A DNA stretch of 64,000 bases from Salpingoeca rosetta. Its lineage: Eukaryota > Protista > Choanoflagellata. This document shows positions 15,773-38,250 of the stretch, in pieces. Each line of letters starts with the position of its first letter. Position 1 is the stretch's first letter. The notes beneath the pieces are model-generated. The model saw nothing but the letters and a program-made list of their open reading frames with translations, did not search any database and was not told the DNA's origin. The stretch spans positions 347,351 through 411,350 of the forward strand of contig JAWQFM010000014.1 in assembly GCA_033442325.1 (NCBI GenBank), read 5' to 3'. The translations under genes and the position numbers were made by a program.

Positions 15773-16605
15773 TGTATGTGTGTGTGTGTGTGCCACGACC
15801 AACAACAGCCTTGTACCAACGCGCGCTTGCGCAACCCCCTCACCACCACCCCCCCCTCCATCACGTGCACCTTCAGGTTTGCGTATGTTGAGTTTACGGA
15901 CGAGGCCGCCGTTGAGACGGCAAAGGGGCTGACCAACCAGATGCTCAAGGGCCGCCAGGTTACGGTCAGTCGCCTGCGCAGTCAGGGGAGAGAAGAGGCA
16001 TGGTCGTGGTGGTGGTGGTGGTGGTGGTTGTGGTGGTGGTGGTCTTGAGGGGTTGTGATGGGCATATCAACCCAGCAGGTGAATCGTGCATGTGTGTGTG
16101 TGTGTGTTTGGTGTACTTTGCAAGTGAGTTACTCGTGTGCGAAGGACACAGCATCCTCTGCTTGTATGTATGTGTGTATGCGTATTCCCGGTCCTCACAC
16201 CAGCTGTGGACACTCCTGCTGCCAGGTGTTGAATAAGCGCACCAACGTGCCTGGCCTGCGCAAGAGGGGCCGTGGCCGTGGCCGTGGTCGTGGCCGCTAT
16301 TTCCGCGGTTACAGGGGCGGACGCGGCAGGGGGCGCAGGTGAGACACAACCGGCCAAAGGGCATTCTGTGTGTGTATGTGTGTGTGAATGCTGCTGTTTG
16401 TGTGAAAGCTGTTGTGTGTGTGTGTGTGTGTGTTGTGTGTGTGCCTTTGTTCATGTTTGTGTGTACCCATCTGTCTTTGTTTTGCACCTCGCCTGTCTCG
16501 TGCGTTTGCATTCAAACCACGTGCTCACTCGCATCACCGCCGCCATGTGAATGCGTCTTCAGCCGTGGTGCCCGCGGCTATGCCGTGTACTTCTCCACAT
16601 CATAG
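14202..16605 (+). CDS. PABPN1: Nuclear poly(A)-binding protein 2 (acidic N-terminus, RRM, RG-rich tail)
   Basis: Spliced: MSSGQ/GDEAA.., EADRRSVFVQNVDYGT..FFKDCGPVRRITI..PKGFAYVEF..LKGRQVTVLNKRTNVPG, followed by RGRGRG repeats. The first micro-exon (14202-14217) is inferred from phase. Confidence 0.88.
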
Positions 16606-16651
16606 CCACCACCACCACCACCACCACCACCACCACCACGTCGCTCGTCTC

Positions 16652-16712
<61 letters not shown>

Positions 16713-17018
16713 TGTGGTGCTCTCGCTGCTGCTGCTGTTGTGTTGCAGGCGCGTGTGCCCTTTTCCCTTGTCCTTTGCCTTTGTCCTTCCTCCAGTGCGG
16801 TAGTGTATCCATGTTCTCCTCCATGGCGTTGCAATGTAGTTTAAGTGTGTGGACAATTAACAATCAAAACTTGAGTCAGAACACAAGCAGTAACACAACC
16901 TCGGGGAGGGGGAGGAGTTGCGGCTGTGCTTGCATGCATGCAACTGCGGCCAAACACACAGTCATGACACACACCATACGTGGGGGGGGGCATGCATTGC
17001 ATTTGTATGCAAGCGAGG

Positions 17019-17097
<79 letters not shown>

Positions 17098-17101
17098 CGC
17101 G

Positions 17102-17653
17102 CTATGGCGCGGCCTGCACCATCTGGTACAGGATGACACCGACAATGGGCACGACGATGCATGCAATCACGGCGAGCGTTTGGGATGATAGCTCAGGCAA
17201 CTTCTCATCACCACCGCTGCCGCTGCTGCTGCTGTTTGTATTCGCTCCCTCACTGCACGTGCGTGTGTGATTTTGTTTGTGGTCAGGGAGACATGAGATG
17301 TGGGTCAAAGGGCGCGGCACACTAGTCGAAGCCTAACCAGACAGACATACACACAGAGGGGCACAGACAAACAGACACACAGGGACACAGACAAACAGAC
17401 AGACAGGCAGACAGACAGGACAGATAGGCAGAGACAGACAGACCAGCACCTGCTAGCCGCGTTCTGTGCGTCTGTCGCCTCCTTCACTTTCCGTCGCAGC
17501 ACCTCTCGAATCTCCTCCGCAGTCTGTACGGCAGCCGGCAAGGTGGTAGTGGTGGGGCGTGTATGTGTGTGAAGATCATGAGGTCAACGCATGAAACACG
17601 CTCACAAACACACAGGCAGGCAGAGGTGAAGAGAGAGCGCGTGCGAGGGCTGA

Positions 17654-17700
<47 letters not shown>

Positions 17701-18171
17701 CGCCGTTTCTCTGCCCCTCTCTGTCAACTGCGCATGTGTGCACATGTGCGCACCTCTGGAAAGAGATCGCAGAAGAGCTGGTCCTTGAGATTGAACACGA
17801 GACTCCGCTTGGCGAGGGCGCGTTTCTGGCACACGCACCCGTGTGTGTGTGAGACGTCGCTTCCTCGCACAGAGTCGGCGCTGTTTGGAAAAACCTGTCT
17901 ACCATACGTTAAGTAGGGATGATGCAGATTTTAAAACCGAAGATCACAGCTCGGTTGCTCAGACTACAGTAGCACTCGTTAGAGAACGCCTGTTTGAAGG
18001 TGAATGTAAGTAAAGAAAGCCCTACGTCGCTCATGTCCTGAGGAGCCGCTAGCTGGGCTATGGTCAGTCCCCTTGGATACGATTAGCGTAGGGACAATTG
18101 AATATCGAAGCTTCGTTACGATCTAGTAGGGGGGGCTACATTTGACCTCGCGCGCCCAGTGACGACGACCG

Positions 18172-18227
<56 letters not shown>

Positions 18228-18600
18228 TGTACGTGCTTGTGCGCTTATGCGCAGCGTGATGATACTGGGCAGTGCTCGCCATTGGTTGCACACCACGCGT
18301 TGCACTGACAAGTTGACGGCCACCCGATGACAGACACCGTGCATGGGCAAACAAACAGAGACAACCGATATTGCGGCTCAAACCTCTGCTGTGGTGGTGG
18401 TGATGCTGCCGGCGGTGGGCGTGTCCTCCAGCTGACGTGATCAACACGCGCACAAACGCACAAACGCGCACCAAGGCAATGGCCATTGTGAGTGAGGGCA
18501 GTGGTTTGTGGTGTGTGCGCGTGTGAGTGAGTTGTGTGCAGTAGGTCTGTGCGTGCGTGCAGTATGTGTGTGTGTGTGCAGTTTGTGTGTGTGTGTGTGC

Positions 18601-18667
<67 letters not shown>

Positions 18668-20129
18668 TTCGGTTTGTGAAAGTAGGCTTGAGGTGCACAT
18701 CCCATCTGACTCACCATGAAGCTGAGGAGGCCCTTCAGTACGGTCTCCACAGACCACTGAGAGCACGCGGGTGGCATTGGAGCATATTGGAGGTAAGAAA
18801 CACAGCATGGACGAGCGAGTTGACATGTTTGCATACACACGCACACGCACGCACGCACACATACACAAGCGCACATGCATACACACCGCGGGGTTCCAAG
18901 TGTCGGGGTGAAAGTCAGAGATGCTGAGGCATAATCTGCAAGGGTTCAATACACCACAAGCAGGTGTGTGTGTGTATGTGTGTGTGTGTGTGTGTGCATG
19001 TGTTTGAGGGCGTCTTGATCCTCAAACAAACAATAACAGCACACGCACACGTCAGCGACGCACATGTCAGGTTGATGACCAAGACAAGGTGCCCTGGGCC
19101 ACGTACCTTGTGTTTTCCTTGAAGCGGCCGTTTGGAGTGATCATGTAGATGGCAGGCGGCTTCATCGGGTATGATGAAGGGAACACCAGCTTGCCGTGGT
19201 AGAAGCCACCTGTTGTCGACACACAGTTGGGTGGTGTGCGATACAGTTAACAAACAGAGCAGCACAACAACCAGCCTTGACACACATAACATCGTTCATC
19301 CACACATCCAATACACAAACAACAAACGCGCAAACGCAGATGCAGACACAGGTACAGGCGTAGACGGAGACGTAGACACAGACACAGTCACAGATGGAGA
19401 CGTAGACGCAGTCGTTGTATCACAGCTCACCATGGTACGGTGTGTCGTCTGGAAGGCCGGAAATGACATAATGCCTGTGTACATGAGAGAGCGCGAGAGA
19501 GAGCGAGTGCGAGTGCGCAGCAACAAGAACAAAGACGTTAGCCACGCCACGCGACAGCAGCTGGACAACAACGGGAACTGGGATGATGGCGGCAGCCGTT
19601 TGATGCTCCAGCGCAAGCATCAACCACACACACACACACAGACACACACACACACACACAGACACACACACACGCACGAACGCACCCACAAACACGCATA
19701 CACTCACACGCACGAACGCACACACACACACACACACACACACGCACGAACGCACACAGCCACGCGCACATACACACGAACCACTCGAGGATGTTCTCTG
19801 GTTTTGGTTCCGCGAGAATGAAAGGAGGAGGGTTCTACAAGCGCACGGCGAGCACAAGCAAGACAAGGCAAGATTGCAGAGTGGGTGAGGCGCACACGAG
19901 CGAAATACAAGCACACAGAGAGAGGAGACGCACATACACACAGACACAGAGCCAGACAAACAGACACACACACAGACAGACACAAACACAGACACAGACA
20001 CACACACAGACACACAGACACACAGACACACAGACACACACATGAACACACCAACCAACCAACCTTCTTGATGGCCTTGTATTCGCGGGCGAGTCGCCCC
20101 ACATATCGCTTGGGTGCAGCGGACGACAT
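17102..20129 (-). CDS. UBE2J2: Ubiquitin-conjugating enzyme E2 J2 / Ubc6, tail-anchored
   Basis: [61 protein letters not shown], catalytic [30 protein letters not shown], and a C-terminal TM ([17 protein letters not shown]). Confidence 0.93.
17880..18150. ncRNA. Candidate structured non-coding RNA (unidentified) inside the Ubc6 intron 17826-18383
   Basis: About 47% GC by hand count over 17881-18120, rich in TA dinucleotides, free of microsatellite, no long ORF, several nested inverted repeats (see findings). No known family recognised. Confidence 0.4.
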
Positions 20130-20309
20130 GGCTGCAGTTTATGGTGTCGATAACAGTTGCCGCATTCCACCACGTTGTTGGCTGGCTGGCTGGTGGAGCT
20201 GTCCACACACCCTTCCTCCACAACACCCTTCCTCCACACACGTTCCTCCACCTCGCCTCTCAACACTCAGCACAGCCGTCCCCGCCCCGCTTCCTGAGAC
20301 ATCAGCGTC

Positions 20310-21317
20310 ATGTCGGAGCGTGTGAAGCAGCATCTTGGGGCGCCACGAGTCGGCCTGTCGCTTGCGCGGCACTTGCTCTTTGCCATCGTGTCGTACGTGC
20401 TGGACACTGCGCTCTGGACTGCGTCCGTGGTCATGTCCGTGCTGCGCCTGAAACACAAGGACAACACCGACAGGCAGCAGCAGTGCCCAGCTTGTGCGCT
20501 GCGCCGCAGTCGAACAAGCAGCACCAGCAGTGGCCGTGGGAACAGCACAGATGCAGGTGCAGGCACAGGCACAGGCCGTGGGGTTGGCAGCCGCACCGGC
20601 GCAAGCGCGTGTGCAAGTCCTGTTGTTACATCCCCGACCATGCCCACACACACATGCAGAGGCAACGGGCGTCGACGTTCGAGCTTTCACAACCACAGCA
20701 ACAGCAGCCGCACCAGCACCGGCAGGGCACACTCGTCATCGTCCTCCTTGTCGTCGCCCTCCTCGCCACTGCTGTCCGCACCAAGGGCGGACACTGGGTT
20801 AACCATGCATGTGCCCATCCCAAGCGCGCCAGGGAACACAACAGCAGAGGTGCGCATCCTCGACAGCAGACAAAGCGTGTTCAACAAGGAGGTCGCCCAC
20901 GTGCTGGTCATGATCCCGGGAAACCCTGGTCACCCGGAGTTCTACATCGACTTTATGAGCGAACTCCACGACAAGACGAGAGACCCGTGCGTCATCATCG
21001 GCCACACGGGCCACTCCCCCACGTCCGTCTCGCCGCATCTCTTCTCCCACTTCCAACAAACGGAGCACAAGCTGCAGGTCATGCGGGTTCTTCGCGAACG
21101 GTACCCGTCTGCCAGGTTTACCTTGATGGGCCACTCGATTGGCGCTTGGATCGCCATGGAGATGTTGCGACCCCTCAGCTCCAGTGTTGATCGCGTCTTC
21201 AACCTCTTCCCCACCGTCCACCACATTGGTTGGTTGTTAGCAGTGTCTTGTGACGCACGCGCGCGCGTGTGTGTGTGTGTGTACGTGAATGAGTACATGT
21301 GCGTGCGTTTGTGCGTG

Positions 21318-21399
<82 letters not shown>

Positions 21400-22009
21400 A
21401 ATGCGTACATTAGTGTGTTCATATGCTGATTGTTCTCTTGGTGCAACATGTGGTTGCAGCTGCCCCCTCGCCAAGTCTCTCTCACGCATACACACACACA
21501 CACATACATACACACGCACACACACGTACGCACACACACACGTACGTACGTACTCACGCGTACGTACACATGCTGTTCTCGCTCCACCACACCCTTGACC
21601 CCGCCATCAACACCAGGCACGACACCAAACGGGTCCAAGCTGTATCCACTGCTGCGGCACTTCCGCCGGCCCGCCGCTCGCCTAGCACACATCATCGGCC
21701 ATCTTCCTGCCAGTCTGCGAGGTGCACTCGTCAACTGGCACCTCGGTGACTGCTCCAACGCGCTCGTGAGTGGCTGAGACCGATATCTGTGGTGCTGTGG
21801 CTCAGTTGATGTGTTGCGTGCACCTGCAAGTGTTGGTTGATTGTCTCCTGCACTCTTTGCTTTGCTGTACGTTGCACGTAAACGCATGGACGTACTCATT
21901 CACACACACACACACACACACAACCACAATGCACGTACACACACAACACACACGTGCACACAATGCACGTACACACACACACAACACACACATGGACACA
22001 ATGCACAAT

Positions 22010-22054
<45 letters not shown>

Positions 22055-22636
22055 CACACACATGCGCACAGCCACCATCCCCAACGGCGCTTGCGACGAT
22101 TGACGAGCTGTTCCACCACGACGTTGTGCTGCAAGCGCTGCACATGGCCTGCTGCGAGATGGAGTACCTACTGGATCTGGACACGCACCACTACCGCGAG
22201 CACCAGCACAAGCTCGTCTGGTACTATGGCGGCGCGGACGGTTGGGTGACGCACCACCACGCGGCAGACATCAAGCACGCCCTCCCACACAGCACGCATA
22301 TCGACTGCACACAGGTTCGTGTGTATGTGTGTATGCATGTGTGTATGCGTGAGTGTAGGTGTGAGTATTGGGTTGTACGTGTTGGTTTTATGTGTGTTTG
22401 TGTATGTGGACGTATGCCTGTGGATGTTTATCTGGGCGTGCTCACCACGTGTCTCCGCTCACCACCTCTGCTCATTCTCCTGTTTGCTTGCATGATCGAT
22501 CACAATCACACAGGGGTTCTCGCACAGCTTTGTTGTTGACCAGAGCGAAGAGATGGCGAAAATCGCACTCAACTGGCTCCTGTCACCCCAATCAACATCA
22601 TCCAAGCCACAATCACCGTCATTGCATTCCTCTTAA
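20310..22636 (+). CDS. LDAH: Lipid droplet-associated serine hydrolase (LDAH/C2orf43/YPR147C family)
   Basis: VMIPGNPGHPEFYIDF, IGHTGH, nucleophile GHSIGAWI, LFPTV, TPNG, YYGGADGWV, FSHSFVV. The start could alternatively be a downstream ATG near 20805. Confidence 0.85.
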
Positions 22637-22973
22637 TGGCTGTACCACGCTTCGATTTCGCCTGCCGCTGCACTGGCTGTTGTTTGCCATCTTTACCTCG
22701 CGTTTGCTTGTTGTTGCTGTTGTACATTCTGCCTTTTTGTTCTGCACTGTGATTTTGTTTTGACTTGTCTCTTGTCTTCTGTACAGACTGCAAGTGTGAA
22801 TGTGAAATGCTCTCACCGAATTACACCGCACCAGCCATTGGATGACCACCGAACAGACCCACGCACACGCCCACGCCCACAAGGAGCCCCAAACGCTCGC
22901 GAATTCGAACCAAAGTTTACTTGTCGCACTGGCAGCCACGCGTGCACGTCTCTCGCGCACACAAACGTGCACA

Positions 22974-23055
<82 letters not shown>

Positions 23056-23061
23056 AACAGT

Positions 23062-25226
23062 TCACGCATCCTCAACATCGACCGACCAGTTGAACGTGAA
23101 CTGCGGCGTGTCGTCATAGTTACAAATCTCCCTGTCCCTGTCGTAGTACCACAGCCCGCGCAGCACAAGCCGTTCAATCTTGGCGCGCAATCCCTTGATC
23201 CAGTTGTTGTGCAGAATAACAATCTGCGGGTGGCGCACGTGGATGTTGTCGCTGTTCCAATAGCCGCCCACGTTGCCGTTTGGATACTGCCGCCGGTCAA
23301 GGAACTCAACTTCAAGCAGTGCATTGCCTGCAGGCAATGCGTTGTGTGCGGTTTCGTGTATGTTCGTGTCATGTGAATATACACCCCAGGTCTTCAGAGC
23401 GAGTAGCAAACGAGAAACGAGCACGTTGGCCTCCATCTTGGGACCGTTGCTTGCAGACAACGACACGGCAGATCACGGGCAGGCCGCATGCAGAGCAAAC
23501 AGTTGTCAACTCAGCCATACCTTGGTCGTGTGGGATGAGGTCTGGCGGGGGTCGGTAGTGGCACTTGTTATCGCCGACAGTGGTTGTGCCTTCCTTCCCG
23601 CCACACAGGACGATGTAGAAGGAGGGCTGCTCTGTCATGGTGCTCGAGGCAGCATGCGCAACAATCTGCAACATGAAAAGTATGGTTCCAATGGCATCGA
23701 AGGCGCAGCGCGTGAGAAACATCCACAGTTGTCGGTGAAACATTACTGGGGTTGGTGGACGGCGAACCAGCGGCCGCAGAATTTGCGCGCACACACACAC
23801 GAAGACAAGGTGGACAGACGAACACGCAGCACACCACAACACACAACACAACACAACACAACACAACACAACACAACACAACACAACACAACACAACACA
23901 ACACAACACAACACACCACAACACAACACAACACAACACAACACAACACAACACAACACAACACAACACAACACAACACAACACAACACAACACAACACA
24001 ACACACCACGTGCGTACCTGCTGCATTGCGGCGATGGTGACTGGTGTGGAGCGGACGCGATAAAACCCGGAGTTGATGCGAAGAGGGCCATTGGCCACAC
24101 GCTCGTCCGGGAAGGGGGCGTTGCTCTGCACAACAAAGTCAGACTCCTGTGCGTGCACGCAAATTTTGCGAGAAAGAGAGTGTGTTATTAAGGTGATGTG
24201 TTATTAAGGTGACGTGAGCGACAGGCGTTAGCGCATGGGCACAGGGCTCACGCACGCCACAAACATAAATGAATGTACGTGCAGCATGCAGGCACGCACA
24301 CGCAACAAGAACAAACAGGCAAACAAACAACTTTGTACATCGCTCCGCGAGTGAGCGAGCGCGCACACCCAGCACCAAGACCCACCATGGCCATCAGCTT
24401 TGGAATCGGGTCCTCAAACCAGACAATGTCCGTATCTGTCGTCACAGCAGCAGGCGAGCAGGCAGATGTGAGGGAACGAATATCCTGGTGTGTGGTGCTG
24501 CTGCTGCAGCAATGTAGTGCTGACCAAAAGTGCGAGGATGGCACGAACGGCACAATGATGCAACCAAGCAAACAAGGCCGCATGCCCCCCCCCCACACGC
24601 ACACGCACACACAACATACACACACGCGCACACACGCGCACACACACACACACGCACACACACGCACACACACAACATACACACATACCTGTCCAGGTGA
24701 CATCATATCCCATTTGCAAGATTTGGAGCACAACTTGTGACTTGAGCTTGGTCACCTGCATACAGTGCAGCACAGGCAGGCGCGCATGTGCACATGTGTG
24801 AGCGGTTACATTACAGTGGTGGCGGACAGGATTGGGCTGTCAAAAGAAATGCATCCAAAAAGACTAAAAGAGGGGCACTACCGAGAAACCACAAGTAAGG
24901 GGGGGGGGCATCACGAACTCCAACACGCATGTGACATCAATAGAGCTCTTCGTACAACTCGACGTACACACGCGCACGTGCGTGTTGCCCTCACCTTCTT
25001 GAAGGCGTCGCTTCCGTACTCAAGATCGCGAGACGAGAGACCAGCAAGGTCGTCGCTCTGATAGTAGAAGATGGGCAGACCCATGCGGAATCCAAACCTG
25101 ACCCAGCAGCACGAGATTCGGCAGCAGCGTGTTGGCTTTGGCGGTGAGCGTAGGAGCTTGACACACACAGAGGAATCCACGCGCACACACATAGAGACAG
25201 ACACAGATGCACACAGACACGCAAAC

Positions 25227-25268
<42 letters not shown>

Positions 25269-26565
25269 CAGCGCAGCCCCACACCACCCTGCGCCAGATA
25301 CCGACGCATCGTGCGCACCTGTACATTTCCTCGTCAAAGGCGGCAAGTATGAGCTGATCGTAGATGCCAAGCCGACGAAGGTTGCACACAAAGTTCATCA
25401 CCACATCGCGATAAATGTAGCTGTCGTTGCATGCAGGCAAACAAGGAACGCATTGGGAAGATTGGTGTTGCACAGTGAGCAACAGCAAGATGCATGCAAA
25501 AGCAAGTTGTGACAAACAAGAATTGGCGCGCAACGATAAACACACATCACGCACCCAACGCAGCCACCACCACCACCACCAGCACATCATCTGCGTGCCG
25601 CATTCATACGCAACACATGCAGCACATGCAACACACGCAACAGTTTCACACCCATACAATGCGTGGCCTGCGTTCACACAATGCACGCATGATAAACAAC
25701 ACGCAAGACACACCTGACACCGGAGAGGATGACGTGTTTGTTTCGCGCGACAATGGGCAGCAGGTCCTTGAGTGTAAAGGGCAGACCATAACGCGGCTCG
25801 TGCCCCGGTGGCGTGGTGACCGGGATGGTGTAGGCGTCTGTCTTGTCCACAGAGACGCTGCCGCACTTGACAATGTTCTTGCGCACGTCGTTCTCGAACA
25901 CGTTGGCCACCTGCGGGTCATTCTGTGTTGTGATTGCAAACGCGTTGTGCTCGCACGGGCAGATGCCTGGACGCACGCGCTTCATCAGGCACATGCCAGA
26001 GGGCTCCATGCACGCTGCAAGCTTCCACGGCGCGTGCACGGTTGTGCCGTCCTGGTTGCGGTAACTGCCGTAGTAGATGGCAAGGTGGTTGTTGTGGAAG
26101 ATCTGCCAGTCGGTTGTCTTGGACTTCATCCAGAACGTGGCGCTGCCACCGGTCGCCATCTTGGATACCGCCCCCTCGGCACTACACACGGTGGCGGTGG
26201 TGCTTATGTGAGACTGTTGCGATCTTGCGATAGCTCCCTGGCAACCAAGCGGCGCCATGCCGCAAGTCACATATGGTGTCGCACCAGCTCGCACATGTGC
26301 ATGCACACACATACACACACATACACAAAGCAGTGTACCTTTTGTAGTTGTGGTTGACGTGGACAGCGGTGACAGCCTCTGTTCCATCAATGACGTCCCG
26401 GTATCCAGCTTGGATCACCTCGTGAACGAACCAGTTGTCGACTGCAGAAAACGCATGCACAGCAGCAACATGTACCCGTGAGGCGAGCTGTGAGCCAAAA
26501 CAGGCACATGCACATGTGTATTTGCAGGTACGGATGCGTACGTCTCCTGTTCACATGTGTGTGTG

Positions 26566-26624
<59 letters not shown>

Positions 26625-28062
26625 TGCATGGACATGAACACGAGAGCATCAGTGTTTACATTTGCTTTTGCCGCGAATAAAAGGCGGCATAACGCCATGA
26701 AACAGCTTCTTTCCGTTGTTGTTCCATGCAAAGTAATCCTACATTGTCAGTTGTGGTGGAGTGTACAAGTCGAACGCATGCGTGTGACGTTAAGTGAGAC
26801 AGCTGGCTGAGACAATGCTTTCAACTTCGCTCCATTCATCCGGGAACAGCGCGCACACAGCAAAAACGCTCACGCTCACACTCATGTTCACGTTCACCCG
26901 CAGCAAACACGCATACCCACAGCAAACACACACACCCGCCCACTCACCCATCCACCCACACCAACACACCCACCCACACACACACACCCACCCACCCACA
27001 CACACACGCACACGCACACGCACACGCACACGCACACGCACACGCACACGCACACAAGGTCCAACCTGGCCGCCAGCGGTGTGCAGGACGCCTTTCGTTT
27101 TGGTGTAGGCAACAAAGGCTGCCTCGTTGAAGTCCTTGCGTGAAGGTTCATATATGCTCGGCAAGTCATCAATGTCATACCTGTGGCAACGAGACATGAC
27201 AGAAACGTGAACTACGTGCACACGCAACCCCCAATAAGCAGCAACAGCTAGTTGCCGCCAGATCACAAAAGATCATTGCTTGCAGGCAAGCAGCTGTGAC
27301 GCACCGTGCTCCGGCAAGGAACCAGTCGTCGAAGTGCGTGCGCAGCTTGGCCACGGCATCCGGAAACGATTGGGTCAACAAAATGTCACTGTTCAGGATC
27401 ACACTCACCTGTGTGTGTGTGTGTGACGTGGATAAGTACTCAGACTCTGCTTGCCACGCTCAAAGCGCGCAACAGTCACCACTGCACACTCGGTGCCTGC
27501 TTGCATGCACGCCACAAACCATACACAAGCACACTCACATCAGTGTCGGCATTCATTGCCGTGTCGATCAGGCTGCCGGCGAGCGGCATCATGACAAAGT
27601 TCATGTCCAAGTGCGGGTTGATGATGGCATCGTAATCCTAGGGGCGCCCATAGCACGATTCTGGGTGAGACATCATGCTTGGTGCAACAAGGAAAGGCCT
27701 TTCCCTCCCCACACGCTCGGCCCTCTCTTGTCTACATGTGTCGATGAAACAAGTTGGATGGGACAGCTTGGTGCGATACCTTGGCGACCTCCTCGTAGCC
27801 TTCGCCTTGGCCGACAAGCACGACCTTTGGGCGGGGCTTGAGCCGGATCCAAGACTCAATGGCGCGTCGCTAACAGGCAGGCAACAAACAGCACAACGGC
27901 AAGTTGGAGTGGGGGGGGGGAGGGAAACAACGCGAGGGGACGCAATCAAATTGAGCGGGAGGATGTCGAGCAAAGCGAAAGCAATCGAGAAAGCAAAGCG
28001 AAAGCATTGGGTTTGCACACGCACATGTGCATGCAAGCACAAACAAACACACACAAAGCAAG

Positions 28063-28103
<41 letters not shown>

Positions 28104-28470
28104 CCCAGCACATATACACAAGCGCAAACGGAGCTCTGACCTGCAAGCGATTGGGCAGGCCCGAGAATCCTTGAGGGGTGATGAAAATGCTCCACGTAAA
28201 GTCGTAGTCATACATGGCCTCGTTGCTGGTGCGTTCATGCAGCAGCGTTTGGTGAATGGACTTGAGCGTCGTGCCGCGGATGTCGCGACGGGCCCGGCCA
28301 CCTCCTCCGGTCGCGCCTGCGTGAACGCCATACTGGTGCGAGCTGCTGCTGCTGCTGGAACCCCTGTCGCTGCCCGTGTGAACTTGCAGCATGATGACCA
28401 CGAGGCCGATCATGCCTGCAAGCACGACGGCAAGCAGGGTCGACCCAAACCGTGTCCTCAACATATTCAT
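23062..28470 (-). CDS. Type II membrane glycosyltransferase: N-terminal GT-A-like domain plus C-terminal nucleotide-diphospho-sugar transferase (GT77/PF03407); RAY1-like architecture
   Basis: N-terminal signal anchor (LLAVVLAGMIGLVVIML). Domain 1: AIESWIRL, LNSDILL, DYFAWN..GVMPPFIRGKSKFDNW. Domain 2: YRDVVMNFVCNLRRLG..AAFDEEMY..GLPIF..YGSDAFKKVTKLKSQVVLQILQMGYDVTWTDTDIVWFEDP (DxD), INSGFYRVRS, SEQPSFY, YPNG, HNNWIKG..KIERL..GLW. Confidence 0.85.
23835..24006. repeat. (ACACA)n pentanucleotide microsatellite in a GT77 intron
   Basis: Direct inspection. Confidence 0.9.
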
Positions 28471-29343
28471 CTTTCCTCCCTTCCCTTTCGGCTTGCTGGC
28501 TTGTTTGCCGTGAAATGCAACAGAAGAGGAGAACACGACAGCGAGCAAGCGAGAAGACAACGCGCACGCTCAAAGAGAAGGAGAGAGAGCGAGAGAGTAG
28601 GAAGAGGAGGAGGATTCAACTGAACTGATACGCTTCAACTGAAAGACTGAAGGAACGAAACAACACACCCAATGCACCCGAAGCCGCTGCCAACCGCCCA
28701 CGCGACTCGCTTCAGCGCTTTCGTGGTGTGTCTGGTGTCCTCGTCGGAGGTGGGACGGGTTCTTGCTGTTGATTGATGTGAGGAGAACAATGATCGTGAG
28801 CGAGGCGAGGAGAGGAGCCACGCTGCTTCCTTCCTCTCTCTCTCGTTGTTGGTGCTTTGGTTGCGCGCAACGGAAACGTCCCCGAGTTTACCAACAAAAC
28901 ACTGACAGTTTATGGCAAACTAACATTTGCCACACACGACAACAGACAGGAAGAAAAGTTGTGGCTGCACCGTTTTCTGCTTGTGCTATGGTCGCGCAAC
29001 ACAGAAATCGTCAACCGCCCACCACCACCACGTTGCGTCGTTTGCTTGCTTGCTTGTTTGTTGGTCGTGAGTTGAGCTGAGCGCCCCACCCACTCCCAGC
29101 ATTGTCACGGCAGGAGGCAGCAGAGCAGCGATTGTTTGACCCTTCTCCCTGTCCCTTTTCTCGACCACAAAGCACAAAGGCCAAGCAACCAAGCCCTCCA
29201 GAAGCACACAAACAACCCAAGTGACCCTGTTGGTGAGCAAACAAAGCAGGCAAGACAACCAAGACGGTTGTTTCTTTGTGGACCTACCCTTGAAGGAGAC
29301 CTTGTCCACAACGACGACAACAGTCACCAGGAGTGTGCATACG

Positions 29344-38071
<8,728 letters not shown>

Positions 38072-38099
38072 TTGCGAGTGTGATTGTGGATAGATAGGG

Positions 38100-38102
38100 T
38101 GG

Positions 38103-38151
<49 letters not shown>

Positions 38152-38153
38152 GG

Positions 38154-38202
<49 letters not shown>

Positions 38203-38213
38203 GGTGGTGATGA

Positions 38214-38247
<34 letters not shown>

Positions 38248-38250
38248 GGT
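38100..38250. repeat. Alternating (GAT)n/(GGT)n trinucleotide array in the 3' UTR of the LN receptor
   Basis: Direct inspection; it starts ~30 nt after the stop codon. Confidence 0.9.

Noticed and set aside
18038-18115. CTGAGGA hammerhead-like core, and faint resemblances to U6, SRP Alu and RNase MRP in the intronic island
   Set aside because: Required partner motifs are missing or wrongly spaced: no GAAA after stem II, no ACAGAGA box, no SRP helix 8, and MRP CR-I/CR-V are degenerate and too close.
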